DNA of 64,000 bases, taken from NCBI GenBank assembly GCA_051874735.1, contig JBJEGD010000004.1, forward strand, positions 1-64,000, read 5' to 3'. This stretch comes from Candidatus Bruticola sp. (GTDB lineage Bacteria; Vulcanimicrobiota; Xenobia; Xenobiales; Xenobiaceae). This document shows, one piece after another, positions 50,696-61,208 of this stretch. A program made the position numbers and the translations under genes. The notes under the pieces are model-generated. The model made no database searches. It was given only the letters and a program-made list of their open reading frames with translations, and was not told the DNA's origin. Positions within the stretch are counted from its first letter, which is position 1. Each line of letters opens with the position of its first letter.

Positions 50696-50717
50696 AAGTA
50701 GCTTCTATGAATTCAGC

Positions 50718-51719
50718 TTACTTTTTCAAAGCCTCTGCCACAGAAACGGCGACGGCTACAGTAGCGCCGACCATAGGATTGTTGCCCATACCCAGGAAGC
50801 CCATCATTTCGACGTGGGCGGGTACTGAACTAGAACCGGCGAACTGAGCGTCAGAATGCATACGTCCCATAGTATCAGTCATACCGTAAGAAGCTGGGCC
50901 GGCGGCCATATTGTCGGGATGCAGAGTCCGGCCAGTACCACCACCAGAAGCGACGGAGAAATACTTCTTACCCTGCTCAAGGCACTCTTTTTTATAAGTA
51001 CCGGCCACAGGATGCTGGAAGCGAGTGGGATTCGTGGAATTTCCAGTAATAGAAACATCAACTTCTTCGTGATGCATAATTGCCACACCCTCGCGGACGT
51101 CGTCAGCACCGAAGCAGCGAACCTTAGCACGCTCACCGTTGGAGTAAGCAATTTCTTTCACTATTTCCAACTTGCCAGTAAAGTAATCAAATTTAGTTTG
51201 CACGTAAGTGAAACCGTTAATGCGGGAAATAATCTGAGCAGCGTCTTTTCCTAACCCATTCAGGATAACACGCAGAGGCACTTTGCGGGCTTTGTTGGCG
51301 TTGTTGACAATGCCAATGGCACCTTCAGCAGCTGCAAATGATTCGTGGCCGGCCAAGAAGGCGAAGCATTTAGTGTCATCGCTCAGAAGCATGGCTCCCA
51401 AGTTACCGTGGCCCAGACCAACTTTGCGATCATCGGCTACAGAACCGGGAATGCAGAAAGCCTGAAGACCGACACCGATGAGACGGGCGGCTTCAGCGGC
51501 AGTGGCGGCGCCTTTTTTCAGAGCAATAGCAGCACCTACAGTGTAAGCCCAACAGGCGTTGTCGAAAGCGATCGGCTGAACTTTGCGGACGACATCGTAA
51601 GGAGCGATACCGTACTCATCGCATATAGACTTAGCTTCTTCAATGCCGGAGATGCCGTACTCGGCAAGCACAGCGTTGATTTTATCAATACGGCGTTCGT
51701 AACTTTCAAATAATGACAT
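50718..51719 (-). CDS. GGGtGRT-family protein (function unknown)
   Basis: Signature SVASGGGTGRTLHPDNM; MSLFESYERRI N-terminus typical of the family. Confidence 0.92.
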   Translation of the reverse strand: MSLFESYERRIDKINAVLAEYGISGIEEAKSICDEYGIAPYDVVRKVQPIAFDNACWAYTVGAAIALKKGAATAAEAARLIGVGLQAFCIPGSVADDRKVGLGHGNLGAMLLSDDTKCFAFLAGHESFAAAEGAIGIVNNANKARKVPLRVILNGLGKDAAQIISRINGFTYVQTKFDYFTGKLEIVKEIAYSNGERAKVRCFGADDVREGVAIMHHEEVDVSITGNSTNPTRFQHPVAGTYKKECLEQGKKYFSVASGGGTGRTLHPDNMAAGPASYGMTDTMGRMHSDAQFAGSSSVPAHVEMMGFLGMGNNPMVGATVAVAVSVAEALKK

Positions 51720-51731
51720 TGCGCTATCTCC

Positions 51732-52424
51732 CTATTCCTGACGAGGATCGACGAATTTGACACCGTCGGCAAAGCGGCCGTAAGTGCCTGTGGCATCCTT
51801 CATGGCCTGGGCGGGTTCAGTACCCTTCTTGATAGCGGCCATCATCTTGCCGATATTAACAAACTCATAACCAATAATGAGGTTGTCGTTATCCAGAGCA
51901 ATACGGGTAACATAACCTTCAGCCATCTCTAAGTAGCGGGCGCCTTTAGCTTTAGTGCCGTACATGGTACCAAGCTGACTGCGTAAGGCTTTGCCCAAAT
52001 CTTCCAGGCCGGCGCCGATGGGAAGACCATCTTCAGAGAAAGCGGTCTGAGTGCGTCCGTAGACGATCTGGAGGAAAAGTTCACGCATAGCTACGTTAAT
52101 AGCGTCGCATACTAAGTCGGTGTTGAGAGCTTCTAATATAGTTTTGCCAGGTAAAATCTCGGCAGCCATAGCGGCGGAGTGAGTCATGCCGCTGCAGCCT
52201 ACGGTTTCAACTAAAGCTTCTTCAATAATGCCATTTTTGACATTAAGGGTGAGTTTGCAGGCGCCCTGTTGGGGAGCGCAGCGGCCTACACCATGAGTCA
52301 AGCCGCTTATTTCGCTTATCTCTTTAACCTGAACCCATTTGCCCTCTTCGGGAATGGGAGCGGGACCGTGATATGCGCCTTTAGCAATCGGACACATGTG
52401 AGACACTTCTGCTGAGTAAATCAT
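51732..52424 (-). CDS. NifU/IscU-like Fe-S scaffold-family protein, usual partner of GGGtGRT
   Basis: HGVGRCAPQQGACKLTLNVK, ETVGCSGMTHS, TDLVCDA cysteine motifs; ATG 52424 after AGGAG. Confidence 0.85.
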   Translation of the reverse strand: MIYSAEVSHMCPIAKGAYHGPAPIPEEGKWVQVKEISEISGLTHGVGRCAPQQGACKLTLNVKNGIIEEALVETVGCSGMTHSAAMAAEILPGKTILEALNTDLVCDAINVAMRELFLQIVYGRTQTAFSEDGLPIGAGLEDLGKALRSQLGTMYGTKAKGARYLEMAEGYVTRIALDNDNLIIGYEFVNIGKMMAAIKKGTEPAQAMKDATGTYGRFADGVKFVDPRQE

Positions 52425-52724
52425 AGAATTACTCCTTAACTGAAAGAATAGCAAATTACAGCACTACCTGCTTCTGCGAATGGAAGCCTAAGCCCTGCTC
52501 AAAACTTTGTTGCTCCTAGTTAAGCTTTTTTTTGACTAGTAAAAATCTTTAGTGAAAAATTTTATTATGTGACTGAACTTAGTTTAACGGATGTTTTTTT
52601 TCTGAAACAGTATGCGCTTGAGAATAGAGGGCTCATTAAATTTTAGCTATACATTTTTTTATTATTGTCAGCTTTTTTTTATTAATAATTATATATATTT
52701 TTTTTAATAAAACAAAATAATTTA

Positions 52725-52794
52725 TTATTGACTGATTATTTAATTACTATTATATTTACTCTGTATCTTTGGGTTATTGACTGATCATTCAATT
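52725..52794. promoter_or_regulatory. Tandem TetR/AcrR-type operators upstream of the RND operon
   Basis: TTATTGACTGATTATTTAATT (52725-52745) and TTATTGACTGATCATTCAATT (52774-52794), 19/21 identical; second core is a near-perfect palindrome; tetR ends the operon. Confidence 0.7.
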
Positions 52795-52907
52795 GATACG
52801 TTTCCCTTTATGCGGAACCGCTCCGCGTTTTATGTATATTTCTATTTATATCTTCAGCTAGGAGAGATATTTTTTGCTATTATCTACGGCAAAAATAAAA
52901 AAAACAG

Positions 52908-54362
52908 ATGAATAACAAATACTCTAATCTGCATATTCCTATCGGTATGATTTTGGTAGCAGCTACTCTGTTAAGCGGAAGTGTGGGCTGCAGCCATAAC
53001 AGTTCCAGCGAAGAGAAACAAGATGTTGCTGCCAGCGAAGTTAAATCGAGCAATGTAGAGTTAGCTGCATCTAAACTAGGCAGTATTATAGAAGAAACTA
53101 CTATCACTGGTCATCTCAATGCTATAAACAAAGCTGATATTGTCAGCCGCGTAGCTGGTAGAGTTGTTGGTATTTATGCTCGTGAAGGCGATTTTGTACG
53201 CAAAGGGCAAATTCTAGTCCAACTTGATGATACAGTGCAAAAAAATAATGTCAGTTCTGCTAGGGCCAGTTTAGCTCAAGCTGAAGCTGGACTTAACCAA
53301 GCCTTAGCTAACTATAATGCCTCTAAAACTAAGGTAGGTCAGGCTAAAGAAAATATGGGCATGACTGATGTTTCTTCCGCGTTGGAGGTACAAAAAGCTC
53401 GTCAAGGCGTTATCCAGGCTCAGACGTCTCTGGCCAGTGCCCAAGCTGATTATGACGATGCTTTGTTAAATATGCATCGTCAGCAAGATTTGTATGCTAA
53501 AGATGCCGTTTCCAGTTATGCTAGAGAGCAGGCTGAACTTCGCGAGCGAACTTCTTTCCAAAGCCTTACGGCAGCCAAAAGCGCTTTAAATGCAGCTAAT
53601 GAGAGTTTGCGCATTGCTAAAACTGCTCAGCGTCAGGTAAATATTCTTCATGCCGACGTAAAAACTAGTCGTGACGCCGTTGACCAGGCTGCTGCTTCTG
53701 TAGAACAAGCTAAAGCCAATGTTCAAGCTGCTAAAGCTGCCTACGATTCGGCTCTAACTGACTTACATGATATGGCTATAAAATCTCCTATCGACGGTGT
53801 TGTCACCGCTAGAAATATAGAGGTAGGAGCCTTCGCTTCTGATGGCAGCGGGGCCGTTTTCAGCGTAGTAGATAACAGTAAGTTAGAGATGATTAGCTCT
53901 CTAGATGAAAAGTTTGCTCCCTTCGTAAAAAAAGGCAGCAGTTTAAATTTAAAGACTTCAATAATTAATAATGTTCCTGCTGTCGTAGTCGATGTAGTAC
54001 CAGCTTCCGATCCTACTAGCCATACAATTAAAGTGCGTCTCAATATTGAAAATGACACTAATGAACTTTTAGATGGTACTTACGCCGAAGCTTCCATGCC
54101 TGTTCAGGAACTTAAAGGAATTATTGTTCCTCGTACAGCTGTAAACATGGCTGTAGGTTCTGTATTTGTTATGGAATTTGAAGGAGATGGAGATACGGGC
54201 ACAGCCAAAAAAATTCCCGTTACTATGGTTTACAGCAACGGCAAAGAGGCTTTGGTCAGTGGTATAGAGGCTAATAGAAGGTTCGTGACCTCTGGCGCTT
54301 TAGATATTCTTGACGGCCAGCCCCTTAAGCTCTCCGCTTCTAATGGAGATGAGCAGCAGTGA
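52908..54362 (+). CDS. RND efflux periplasmic adaptor (membrane fusion protein), lipoprotein
   Basis: Lipobox SVGC, VAGRV....REGDFVRKGQILVQLD, extended alpha-hairpin, IKSPIDGVV. Confidence 0.93.
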   Translation: MNNKYSNLHIPIGMILVAATLLSGSVGCSHNSSSEEKQDVAASEVKSSNVELAASKLGSIIEETTITGHLNAINKADIVSRVAGRVVGIYAREGDFVRKGQILVQLDDTVQKNNVSSARASLAQAEAGLNQALANYNASKTKVGQAKENMGMTDVSSALEVQKARQGVIQAQTSLASAQADYDDALLNMHRQQDLYAKDAVSSYAREQAELRERTSFQSLTAAKSALNAANESLRIAKTAQRQVNILHADVKTSRDAVDQAAASVEQAKANVQAAKAAYDSALTDLHDMAIKSPIDGVVTARNIEVGAFASDGSGAVFSVVDNSKLEMISSLDEKFAPFVKKGSSLNLKTSIINNVPAVVVDVVPASDPTSHTIKVRLNIENDTNELLDGTYAEASMPVQELKGIIVPRTAVNMAVGSVFVMEFEGDGDTGTAKKIPVTMVYSNGKEALVSGIEANRRFVTSGALDILDGQPLKLSASNGDEQQ

Positions 54363-57300
54363 GTATTTGGGATTTTTGTATTAAAAGGCCAGTCTTCACG
54401 ACTGTGCTAGTTTTGTCACTGATTATGGTCGGTATTATGGGATATACCCGAATGGGTGTAGACCTAATGCCTGACTTTGATATTCCAGTTGTTAACGTTA
54501 CAACTACCTATGTGGGTGCCGATCCAGAAGTTATTGACCAAGACGTTACCAACATCATTGAGGAACAAGTTGGTACTATTGAGGGTATTAAGAGTATTAA
54601 AAGTGTCTCTTATGAAGGCTACTCTTCAATAGTTATTGAGTTCGAGTTAGATCGTGATATCGATGTAGCTACCCAAGAAGTTCGAGACAAAGTATCTAAA
54701 GCTGAGCAGGACTTGCCTACAGCTATCGATCCTCCTTTGGTACAAAAAATCGACCCGGACTCTTCTCCTATACTTTATTTGAGCTTATCCGGAGATATTC
54801 CTTATCAGCGTCTCTCTCAGCTGGCTGACGATGTTCTTCAGGATCAAATTCAAAATATCAGCGGTGTAGGAAGTGTAGATCTGTACGGTTTCCGCGAACG
54901 CAATGTGCGTATTTGGCTTGATGCGGCCAAAATGGAAAAATACAGTATCTCTCCTGCTGAAGTGCTTTCGGCTTTAGGCGCTTGGCATGTGGAACTGCCC
55001 GGTGGCCGTTTAGAAACAGATAAGCGCGAATCTACCATAAAAATGCAAGGCGAATATACAGACATTGAAGAGCTGAAAACCATGACCTTGTCATGGCGCA
55101 ACGGCTCTCCTGTCCGCCTTAAAGATGTTGCCAGAGTAGAGGATGGCGAAGAAGACATCCGCAATTACTCCCGTGAAAATGGTAAACCTTGCGTTACTCT
55201 AGCTGTTATTAAGCAAACAGGTTCTAACACTGTAGGTATTGCTCAGGCTGTGCGCAACATGCTTCCCGAATTGCGCAAATTGCTGCCTCCTAGTGTAACT
55301 TTAGATGTCGCTTACGATACTTCTACCTTTATCAAAGATGCTGTGCAAGGTGTAGGCGATGACTTACTGTTGGGCGGTTTCTTCACGGCTATAGTTATTT
55401 ATCTCTTCCTGCGCCATGTCAAGATGACTATCATCAGCTTGATTTCGATTCCGACTTCATTGCTGGGCGCCTTCGGTTTCATGTACTTCATGGATTTTAC
55501 TATCAACCAGATTACCATGTTGGCTATGTCTTTGGCTGTAGGTCTGGTGATTGACGATACCATCGTAGTTCTGGAAAATATTTTCCGTATGATGGAAGAA
55601 GGCTCGGAGGATGGTGCCGCTGCTGCCAGTAAAGGTACTAGAGAGGTCGCTTTTGCTGTTTTAGCAGCTACTATGACTATCGCCGCTATCTTCTTGCCCG
55701 TAGCTTTTATGGGCGGTATTATCGGGCGTGTATTCTATCAGTTCGGTATAAGCGTGGGTATAGCTATCACTCTTTCTTACTGCGTTTCAATCACGCTTAC
55801 TCCGATGCTATGTGGTCGCTGGTTAAAGCCGGAAAAACATGACAACGTATTTACCAACGCTGTAGGAGCTTTCCTCAGTTGGATGGACCGGACTTACCGC
55901 TCTTGCCTAACGGTAGTTCTTAGCAATCGTTTTACTAGAGTTGTAACTATCTTAGTCGCTTTAGGATGCTTTGCCTTTGGTTTATTCCTCTCTCGTTTTG
56001 TTGGAGAAGAATTCGCACCAAATGCTGATCGTGGATCTTTTATTGTTAAAATAAAAACACCTATTGGTACATCTCTGGCTCTCACCGATGAACGCTGCCA
56101 AGCTTTAACTAAAGTTATCAAGACATATCCTGAGGTAACTAAAACGATGGAAATGATCGGCGATACTCGTACCGGTCAGGTCAATGAGGCGCAGATTATC
56201 GTCGAACTTAAACCTCGTCGTGAACGCCAGAAAACGCAGCAGCAGATTATGGATGAAATGCGTGTTGAGTTCGAAAAAATGGCCGGTGTTACTGCCATTC
56301 CTTCGCATATCCCGACTATGGGTGGCGGCAGTACTCAGTACGATTTGCAGTACGCTTTGCAGGGTGCCAACCTTGATACTTTGGAGGAAATTACTGGTAA
56401 AATTACCCGACTGCTCCAAACTAATAAGGGCATCTGCGATATCGATGACGACTTAGAGTTAATTCAACCTCAAATTTCAGTTTATCCTAAACGTGACAGT
56501 GCTGCTGATGTAGGTTTAACGACCAATGATATTACTACTGCATTGCAGACTATGATGGCCGGCTTCGATGCTGCTAAATTTAAAATTGGCAGTAAACGCT
56601 ACGATATACGTGTTAAGGCAGAAGATAACTTCCGCGAAGACGTCGAGTCTGTGCGTAAGATTTTACTGCGCACTCCTTCCGGCAAAAATGTTTATATGCG
56701 CAGTGTTGCTGATGTGGTAGAAGGTCTTGGACCTAACTGCATTAGCCGTTACGATCGTATGCGTTCAGTAACCATTACGGCTAACGCTGTCTCAGGCGTA
56801 TTGACTAGTGGTCAAGCTGCTGACTGGTTCGAAAGTGAAGTAGGTAAACTGCTGGAAAGTTACCCCGGTTATAAAATTACGGCTGGCGGTATGACCAAAA
56901 ACCAGAGAGAGTCTATGCAGTACATGATGTTCGCTCTGATGAGTTCTATTGTTATTGTGTACTTGGTTTTGGCTGCTCAGTTCGAGTCTTTCATTCACCC
57001 CTTCACTATCATGATGACTTTGCCGTTGGCTTTGTTCGGAGTTTTCGCGGCTCTCTTTATATGTCACGAAAACCTGAGTATTTTTGCTCTAATCGGTATT
57101 ATCATGTTGGTGGGTATCGTAACCAGAAATGGTATTTTGTTGGTAGAATTCGCAAACCAGCTGCGTGAAGAGGAAGGCCTAGATCCGCACTATGCTATGC
57201 TGAAAGCTGGTCCTTTGCGTTTGCGCCCGATTTTAATGACAGCCGTTTCCTCTATGATTGGTGTACTGCCGGTAGCTTTAGGCCTTTCAGAAGGCGGCGA

Positions 57301-57613
57301 AATGCGTTCTGCTATGGGCGTAGCCGTTATTGGTGGTTTGATAACTTCTACTTTCCTTACTTTGTTTGTAGTACCGACTGCCTATATTACCTTCGATGGC
57401 ACTTTAGCCAGAATTACCGCAATTATGCGCCGTTTAGGATTTAAATTTGCCGAAGTTAGTGATAACGCTTCCAACACCGCTTCTTCTGTTACAAGCGGAA
57501 GTAAATCTGGGATCAGTTTGAGCAAACCGGAACTTCCTAAGTCAGGCAAGAGCAGTGAGGATATTCGTCGCGGCAAAGTGATTGATGACTCTGACGATAA
57601 GGAGGTACGCTAA
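54359..57613 (+). CDS. RND efflux permease (AcrB/MdtB family)
   Basis: IKRPVF, GLVIDDTIVVLENI, GIVTRNGILLVEF, RLRPILMT. Confidence 0.96.
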   Translation: MSIWDFCIKRPVFTTVLVLSLIMVGIMGYTRMGVDLMPDFDIPVVNVTTTYVGADPEVIDQDVTNIIEEQVGTIEGIKSIKSVSYEGYSSIVIEFELDRDIDVATQEVRDKVSKAEQDLPTAIDPPLVQKIDPDSSPILYLSLSGDIPYQRLSQLADDVLQDQIQNISGVGSVDLYGFRERNVRIWLDAAKMEKYSISPAEVLSALGAWHVELPGGRLETDKRESTIKMQGEYTDIEELKTMTLSWRNGSPVRLKDVARVEDGEEDIRNYSRENGKPCVTLAVIKQTGSNTVGIAQAVRNMLPELRKLLPPSVTLDVAYDTSTFIKDAVQGVGDDLLLGGFFTAIVIYLFLRHVKMTIISLISIPTSLLGAFGFMYFMDFTINQITMLAMSLAVGLVIDDTIVVLENIFRMMEEGSEDGAAAASKGTREVAFAVLAATMTIAAIFLPVAFMGGIIGRVFYQFGISVGIAITLSYCVSITLTPMLCGRWLKPEKHDNVFTNAVGAFLSWMDRTYRSCLTVVLSNRFTRVVTILVALGCFAFGLFLSRFVGEEFAPNADRGSFIVKIKTPIGTSLALTDERCQALTKVIKTYPEVTKTMEMIGDTRTGQVNEAQIIVELKPRRERQKTQQQIMDEMRVEFEKMAGVTAIPSHIPTMGGGSTQYDLQYALQGANLDTLEEITGKITRLLQTNKGICDIDDDLELIQPQISVYPKRDSAADVGLTTNDITTALQTMMAGFDAAKFKIGSKRYDIRVKAEDNFREDVESVRKILLRTPSGKNVYMRSVADVVEGLGPNCISRYDRMRSVTITANAVSGVLTSGQAADWFESEVGKLLESYPGYKITAGGMTKNQRESMQYMMFALMSSIVIVYLVLAAQFESFIHPFTIMMTLPLALFGVFAALFICHENLSIFALIGIIMLVGIVTRNGILLVEFANQLREEEGLDPHYAMLKAGPLRLRPILMTAVSSMIGVLPVALGLSEGGEMRSAMGVAVIGGLITSTFLTLFVVPTAYITFDGTLARITAIMRRLGFKFAEVSDNASNTASSVTSGSKSGISLSKPELPKSGKSSEDIRRGKVIDDSDDKEVR

Positions 57614-57614
57614 G

Positions 57615-59492
57615 ATGAATGTCACTATAAATACCGGTCGGTTTGGCCAGTGGCGCATGTCAGCTATCGTCTTGTCATTAGGTCTAGTTTTAGCCGGAGG
57701 TAATCAAAATGCTTGGTCTGCTCCCGACGCAAATGGGGAAGCTGTATCGGGGAAACAAACTGTTACCGTATCTGCAGTTAGAGGCAACTCTTCAGTAGTT
57801 TCCGCAGAGTCTCAAGCTGAAGTCAGAGCCAATCGGGCTGTTCCTAACGAAGCGCTACCCAAGCTTCCGTCTTCAGCCGCTCCGGCTCATAAAATGTATA
57901 ATCCTCAGCCTGTGCCGCAGCCTTCTGAAGCTGCGGCTGCTCCTGACAGCACTCCGGCTGATACTATGCTGCCAGATGATTTAGGCGAGATTCCCAACGC
58001 TCCTAAGTATTCTATGCGGGATGCTATGCGTATGGCTATGAAGAATTCACCTGCGCTCAATTCTGCTAGAGCTGCCTATGAGCAGGCTAAAGGCAGTACG
58101 GAGGAAGCTTATACCGCAGGTAATCCTACTGTCGATTTTAACCTTCAGTATACTCTGACCGTACCTGAACTGTCGGCGGATATGGGCGGCCAAAAATTAG
58201 TTACTAATTATCAGCACAACTATAAAGCCCAACTAGCTATTAATCAGGTTATTTCAACTTTTGGCCGTTTGCATTACTCTGTGTTGGCAGCGCAAATGGA
58301 AGAGTACTGTAACTTGGAAAATTACCGTCAAGCTTTAGAAGCGCAGCTAGCTCTTACGGCCAACAAGTACTTGGAAGTATTGCTGGCTCAAGAAAGTGTA
58401 GTTATTGCTTCTCAGCAGCTGGAAGCTCAGCTTTCCTCCCTGCGTCAGGCTGAAGCTCTTTACAAAGGGGGCACGGTAGCCAAATTTGACGTTTTAAGTG
58501 TCCGCTCTGCTGCAACCTCTGCAGAGTTGGCCTTAATTGAAGCGAAGAATGTACTGCGTTTAGCCAAGGCTTCCCTTTGCAGTGATATGGGACTGCCTAT
58601 CGGGACTGAATTTAACGTTGTGCCGTTTGATTGGCAGAAAATCCCCGATAATGTTGTATCCGGCTATAGTTTGGAAGAGTCGGTAATGGGAGCTTTAGAG
58701 CGCCGTCCGGAAGTTAAGGCTGCTAAGTGGGCCAAGGAGGCTGCTGAAGCTCGTTTAGAGCTTTCCTTAAACAGTCGTAATCCTGTTCTGTCTCTGCAGA
58801 GTAGCCTTGCCAATACTCACTCTACATCAATGTCTAAAGATACTATGTGGGTGACTGGGGTGGTTCTGTCCGTTCCAGTTTACGATGGCGGAGTTGAACA
58901 CGCGCAAAGTAAGCAACTTAAAGCTGCTGTAGATCAGCTTGATGCCAGTTTAGAAACTGTGCGTCGCGGTGTTCGTCTCGATGTAGAGCAGTGTTACTAT
59001 AATCTGAATAGCCGTTGGGAGCGCATTGTCCAAGCTCGCGTTGGTTTAGAACAGGCTGCTGAAGCTTACCGTGTAGCTGAAGTGCGTTATGCTGCGGGGC
59101 TGTCTACTCCGACTGAACTTTTAGATAGTCAGTCTTCTTTAGTCTCTGCCAAGCGCAACTTAGCAACCGCTAAGTACAGCTACTTAGGAGCCAATGTAGA
59201 TTGGATGCTGGCTACTTCCGGAGCTTATCCCTTTGAGGTAGATGGTCCTTTGGATGAGACCGATCTTAAGGCTGATTTAGATGCTTGGTATGTTTCTGCC
59301 GATAGACTGCGTACTCCAGTGTCTAAGCTTATTAATCCAGTGAAGGATGACAATATTCCTAGTGCATTTAAAGAGATTCCTGTCGTTGAGCCTTCACTTA
59401 AAAAGCTTAGCGATCAAATTAAGTCTCAGTCTATCAATGATACTTCTGCAGGTCAGGTTGTAGATAGGAAATCTGACAATCTTGAAAAGTGA
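57615..59492 (+). CDS. TolC-family outer membrane efflux protein
   Basis: Signal peptide, P/A-rich linker, OEP repeats (ALERRPEV, VPVYDGG, RYAAGLST..ELLDSQ). Confidence 0.92.
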   Translation: MNVTINTGRFGQWRMSAIVLSLGLVLAGGNQNAWSAPDANGEAVSGKQTVTVSAVRGNSSVVSAESQAEVRANRAVPNEALPKLPSSAAPAHKMYNPQPVPQPSEAAAAPDSTPADTMLPDDLGEIPNAPKYSMRDAMRMAMKNSPALNSARAAYEQAKGSTEEAYTAGNPTVDFNLQYTLTVPELSADMGGQKLVTNYQHNYKAQLAINQVISTFGRLHYSVLAAQMEEYCNLENYRQALEAQLALTANKYLEVLLAQESVVIASQQLEAQLSSLRQAEALYKGGTVAKFDVLSVRSAATSAELALIEAKNVLRLAKASLCSDMGLPIGTEFNVVPFDWQKIPDNVVSGYSLEESVMGALERRPEVKAAKWAKEAAEARLELSLNSRNPVLSLQSSLANTHSTSMSKDTMWVTGVVLSVPVYDGGVEHAQSKQLKAAVDQLDASLETVRRGVRLDVEQCYYNLNSRWERIVQARVGLEQAAEAYRVAEVRYAAGLSTPTELLDSQSSLVSAKRNLATAKYSYLGANVDWMLATSGAYPFEVDGPLDETDLKADLDAWYVSADRLRTPVSKLINPVKDDNIPSAFKEIPVVEPSLKKLSDQIKSQSINDTSAGQVVDRKSDNLEK

Positions 59493-59505
59493 GCTGAGGT
59501 GTACT

Positions 59506-60084
59506 ATGGCAACTGATGAAAATACAGAGCGTTATCACAGGCGTCGGGAACAGCTGCTCGACATTGCTACTAATTTATTCGCTAAGTATGGTATAGACGG
59601 TACTACTACCAAAGATATTGCTGAAGCTGCCAACGTCTCTCCTGGTCTACTTTATCACTATTATAGTTCTAAAGAAGATCTGCTGGTCAGCGTTATCCGC
59701 CGTTTTCGTGAGGAAAGGTGTATGCGCAGGGATACTGAAGAGCTGAAAGCCTGCTGTGAATTGCCCTTAGATGAAGGTTTGAAGCTTATTGTGACTGGAA
59801 TGAAGGAGTATGTCAGCAAAAATCGCGATCTAATTTGGATTATTCTGAGATCGGCTGCTACCTTCCCTTCAGTTCATAATCTTCTTGAAGAGTTTGACCA
59901 ATCGGACTACAGTGGTCTGATCTCTTTTTTAGAAAAAAAGATCAAAGCTGGTGAAATCAAGAATATTGATCCCTTTATGGTCACTAAAGCTTTGCGCCAC
60001 ATTGTAGTTATGTCTAATTATTATACGAGTGAATTAGATGTTGATAAGTTAGTTGATATTTTCTTAGATGGTGTTAGAGCTTAA
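59506..60084 (+). CDS. TetR/AcrR-family transcriptional regulator
   Basis: LFAKYGIDGTTTKDIAEAANVSPGLLYHYYSSKEDL helix-turn-helix. Confidence 0.95.
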   Translation: MATDENTERYHRRREQLLDIATNLFAKYGIDGTTTKDIAEAANVSPGLLYHYYSSKEDLLVSVIRRFREERCMRRDTEELKACCELPLDEGLKLIVTGMKEYVSKNRDLIWIILRSAATFPSVHNLLEEFDQSDYSGLISFLEKKIKAGEIKNIDPFMVTKALRHIVVMSNYYTSELDVDKLVDIFLDGVRA

Positions 60085-60105
60085 CTTTGGTTCCCTTGAC
60101 TAATT

Positions 60106-60152
60106 AAAAAGTAGGCTTCTCCGTATTGTTGCGGAGAAGCCTACTTTTTTTT
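60106..60152. terminator. Intrinsic (bidirectional) terminator
   Basis: AAAAAGTAGGCTTCTCCG ... CGGAGAAGCCTACTTTTT perfect stem. Confidence 0.9.
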
Positions 60153-60598
60153 GCTTCAGAAGACTTCGCTCCAAGTAAGCTGGCGTCTAATTTTTGAGAA
60201 ATGGTTTGCAAAGTCGAAGAGATTTCATTAATGTCAGAGTTCGCAAGAGCTACTGTCAAAGTCAATAAGTAAGCGGCCATATTATTACATATATTCTCTT
60301 TATTTTCCGGCATAGGCAAATCGCCATCGTTTGTTTATAAGCAAATGGGGTACTTCGTTAATTAGGTAAATGTGGGCGGAGTGTTCTACTGTTTTAGCAA
60401 TTTTTATCTGTTGGTCTTTGCTCAATTTTTTATAATCATATGGCAACATTATTCAGGTAAGAGCCTGTCTTCTTGGGGATATTTGTTTTGTTTTTCACAA
60501 AATAGCTGGCAACAATTTTTAGTCTGCAAAGGAAGAAGAGTACTATTAGGGAACTTCCCAAATGATAGAGTTACAATTCAAGCGGAGTTGGATAGAAC

Positions 60599-61075
60599 TT
60601 GAATGTAAAAACGGGTAATAAGGAAAAAAACGGAACTGAAGATCCCGTAGAGGTAAAAGCAGAAAGTGGCAAAGTCGGTTTGCCAAGTTTGCTTAGCAGC
60701 GCCAACAACAGTGTTTCTCCTTGGTTGGCGGTGAGTTTTTCTCTGTTTATTTATCCTGGAGCTGGCCAAATTATGAATCGCCGTCCTGGAAAGGCGGTAG
60801 TTTTTGGCCTAATTTTTACTGTTTTAGCTGGTTTAGCTTGTTACTATTTGGTTAATGGAACGCTAGATTTTTTGGTACCGGAGCTGCGTTCTGGCGCCGA
60901 ACAGCGTATGCAGACCTCGGCTTTATGGGGGCTTAACGCCACATTCAGTGCAGCTGTGTCTTGGGGAGCACTCTCTTTGGCCATCTATTTATGGTCTGCT
61001 CTTGACGCTATGCTCGATAGCAGACGTTTAAGAGAAAAAAAGTATGAGTCAAATTCAGCTAAGTCTGAAGATTAA
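60599..61075 (+). CDS. Membrane protein of unknown function (PGxGQ-type)
   Basis: SLFIYPGAGQIMN.R..KA motif, TM segments, IYLWSALDA. Confidence 0.7.
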   Translation: MNVKTGNKEKNGTEDPVEVKAESGKVGLPSLLSSANNSVSPWLAVSFSLFIYPGAGQIMNRRPGKAVVFGLIFTVLAGLACYYLVNGTLDFLVPELRSGAEQRMQTSALWGLNATFSAAVSWGALSLAIYLWSALDAMLDSRRLREKKYESNSAKSED

Positions 61076-61208
61076 AATTAAATAATTTTTGAAGAAAAAC
61101 TATTTTTTACTTTCTTATTTTATTACTCTGCGGTGGGACAGTTTAGTCTGTCTCTGACGCAGATTTTTTTTGCCAAATTTGTTAAGCAAGATAAACTTGG
61201 AGAAGAGT

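Noticed and set aside
60104-60602. Small ORFs 60104..60319 (-) and 60372..60602 (+)
   Set aside because: The first runs through a strong terminator hairpin; neither has a clear RBS or motif
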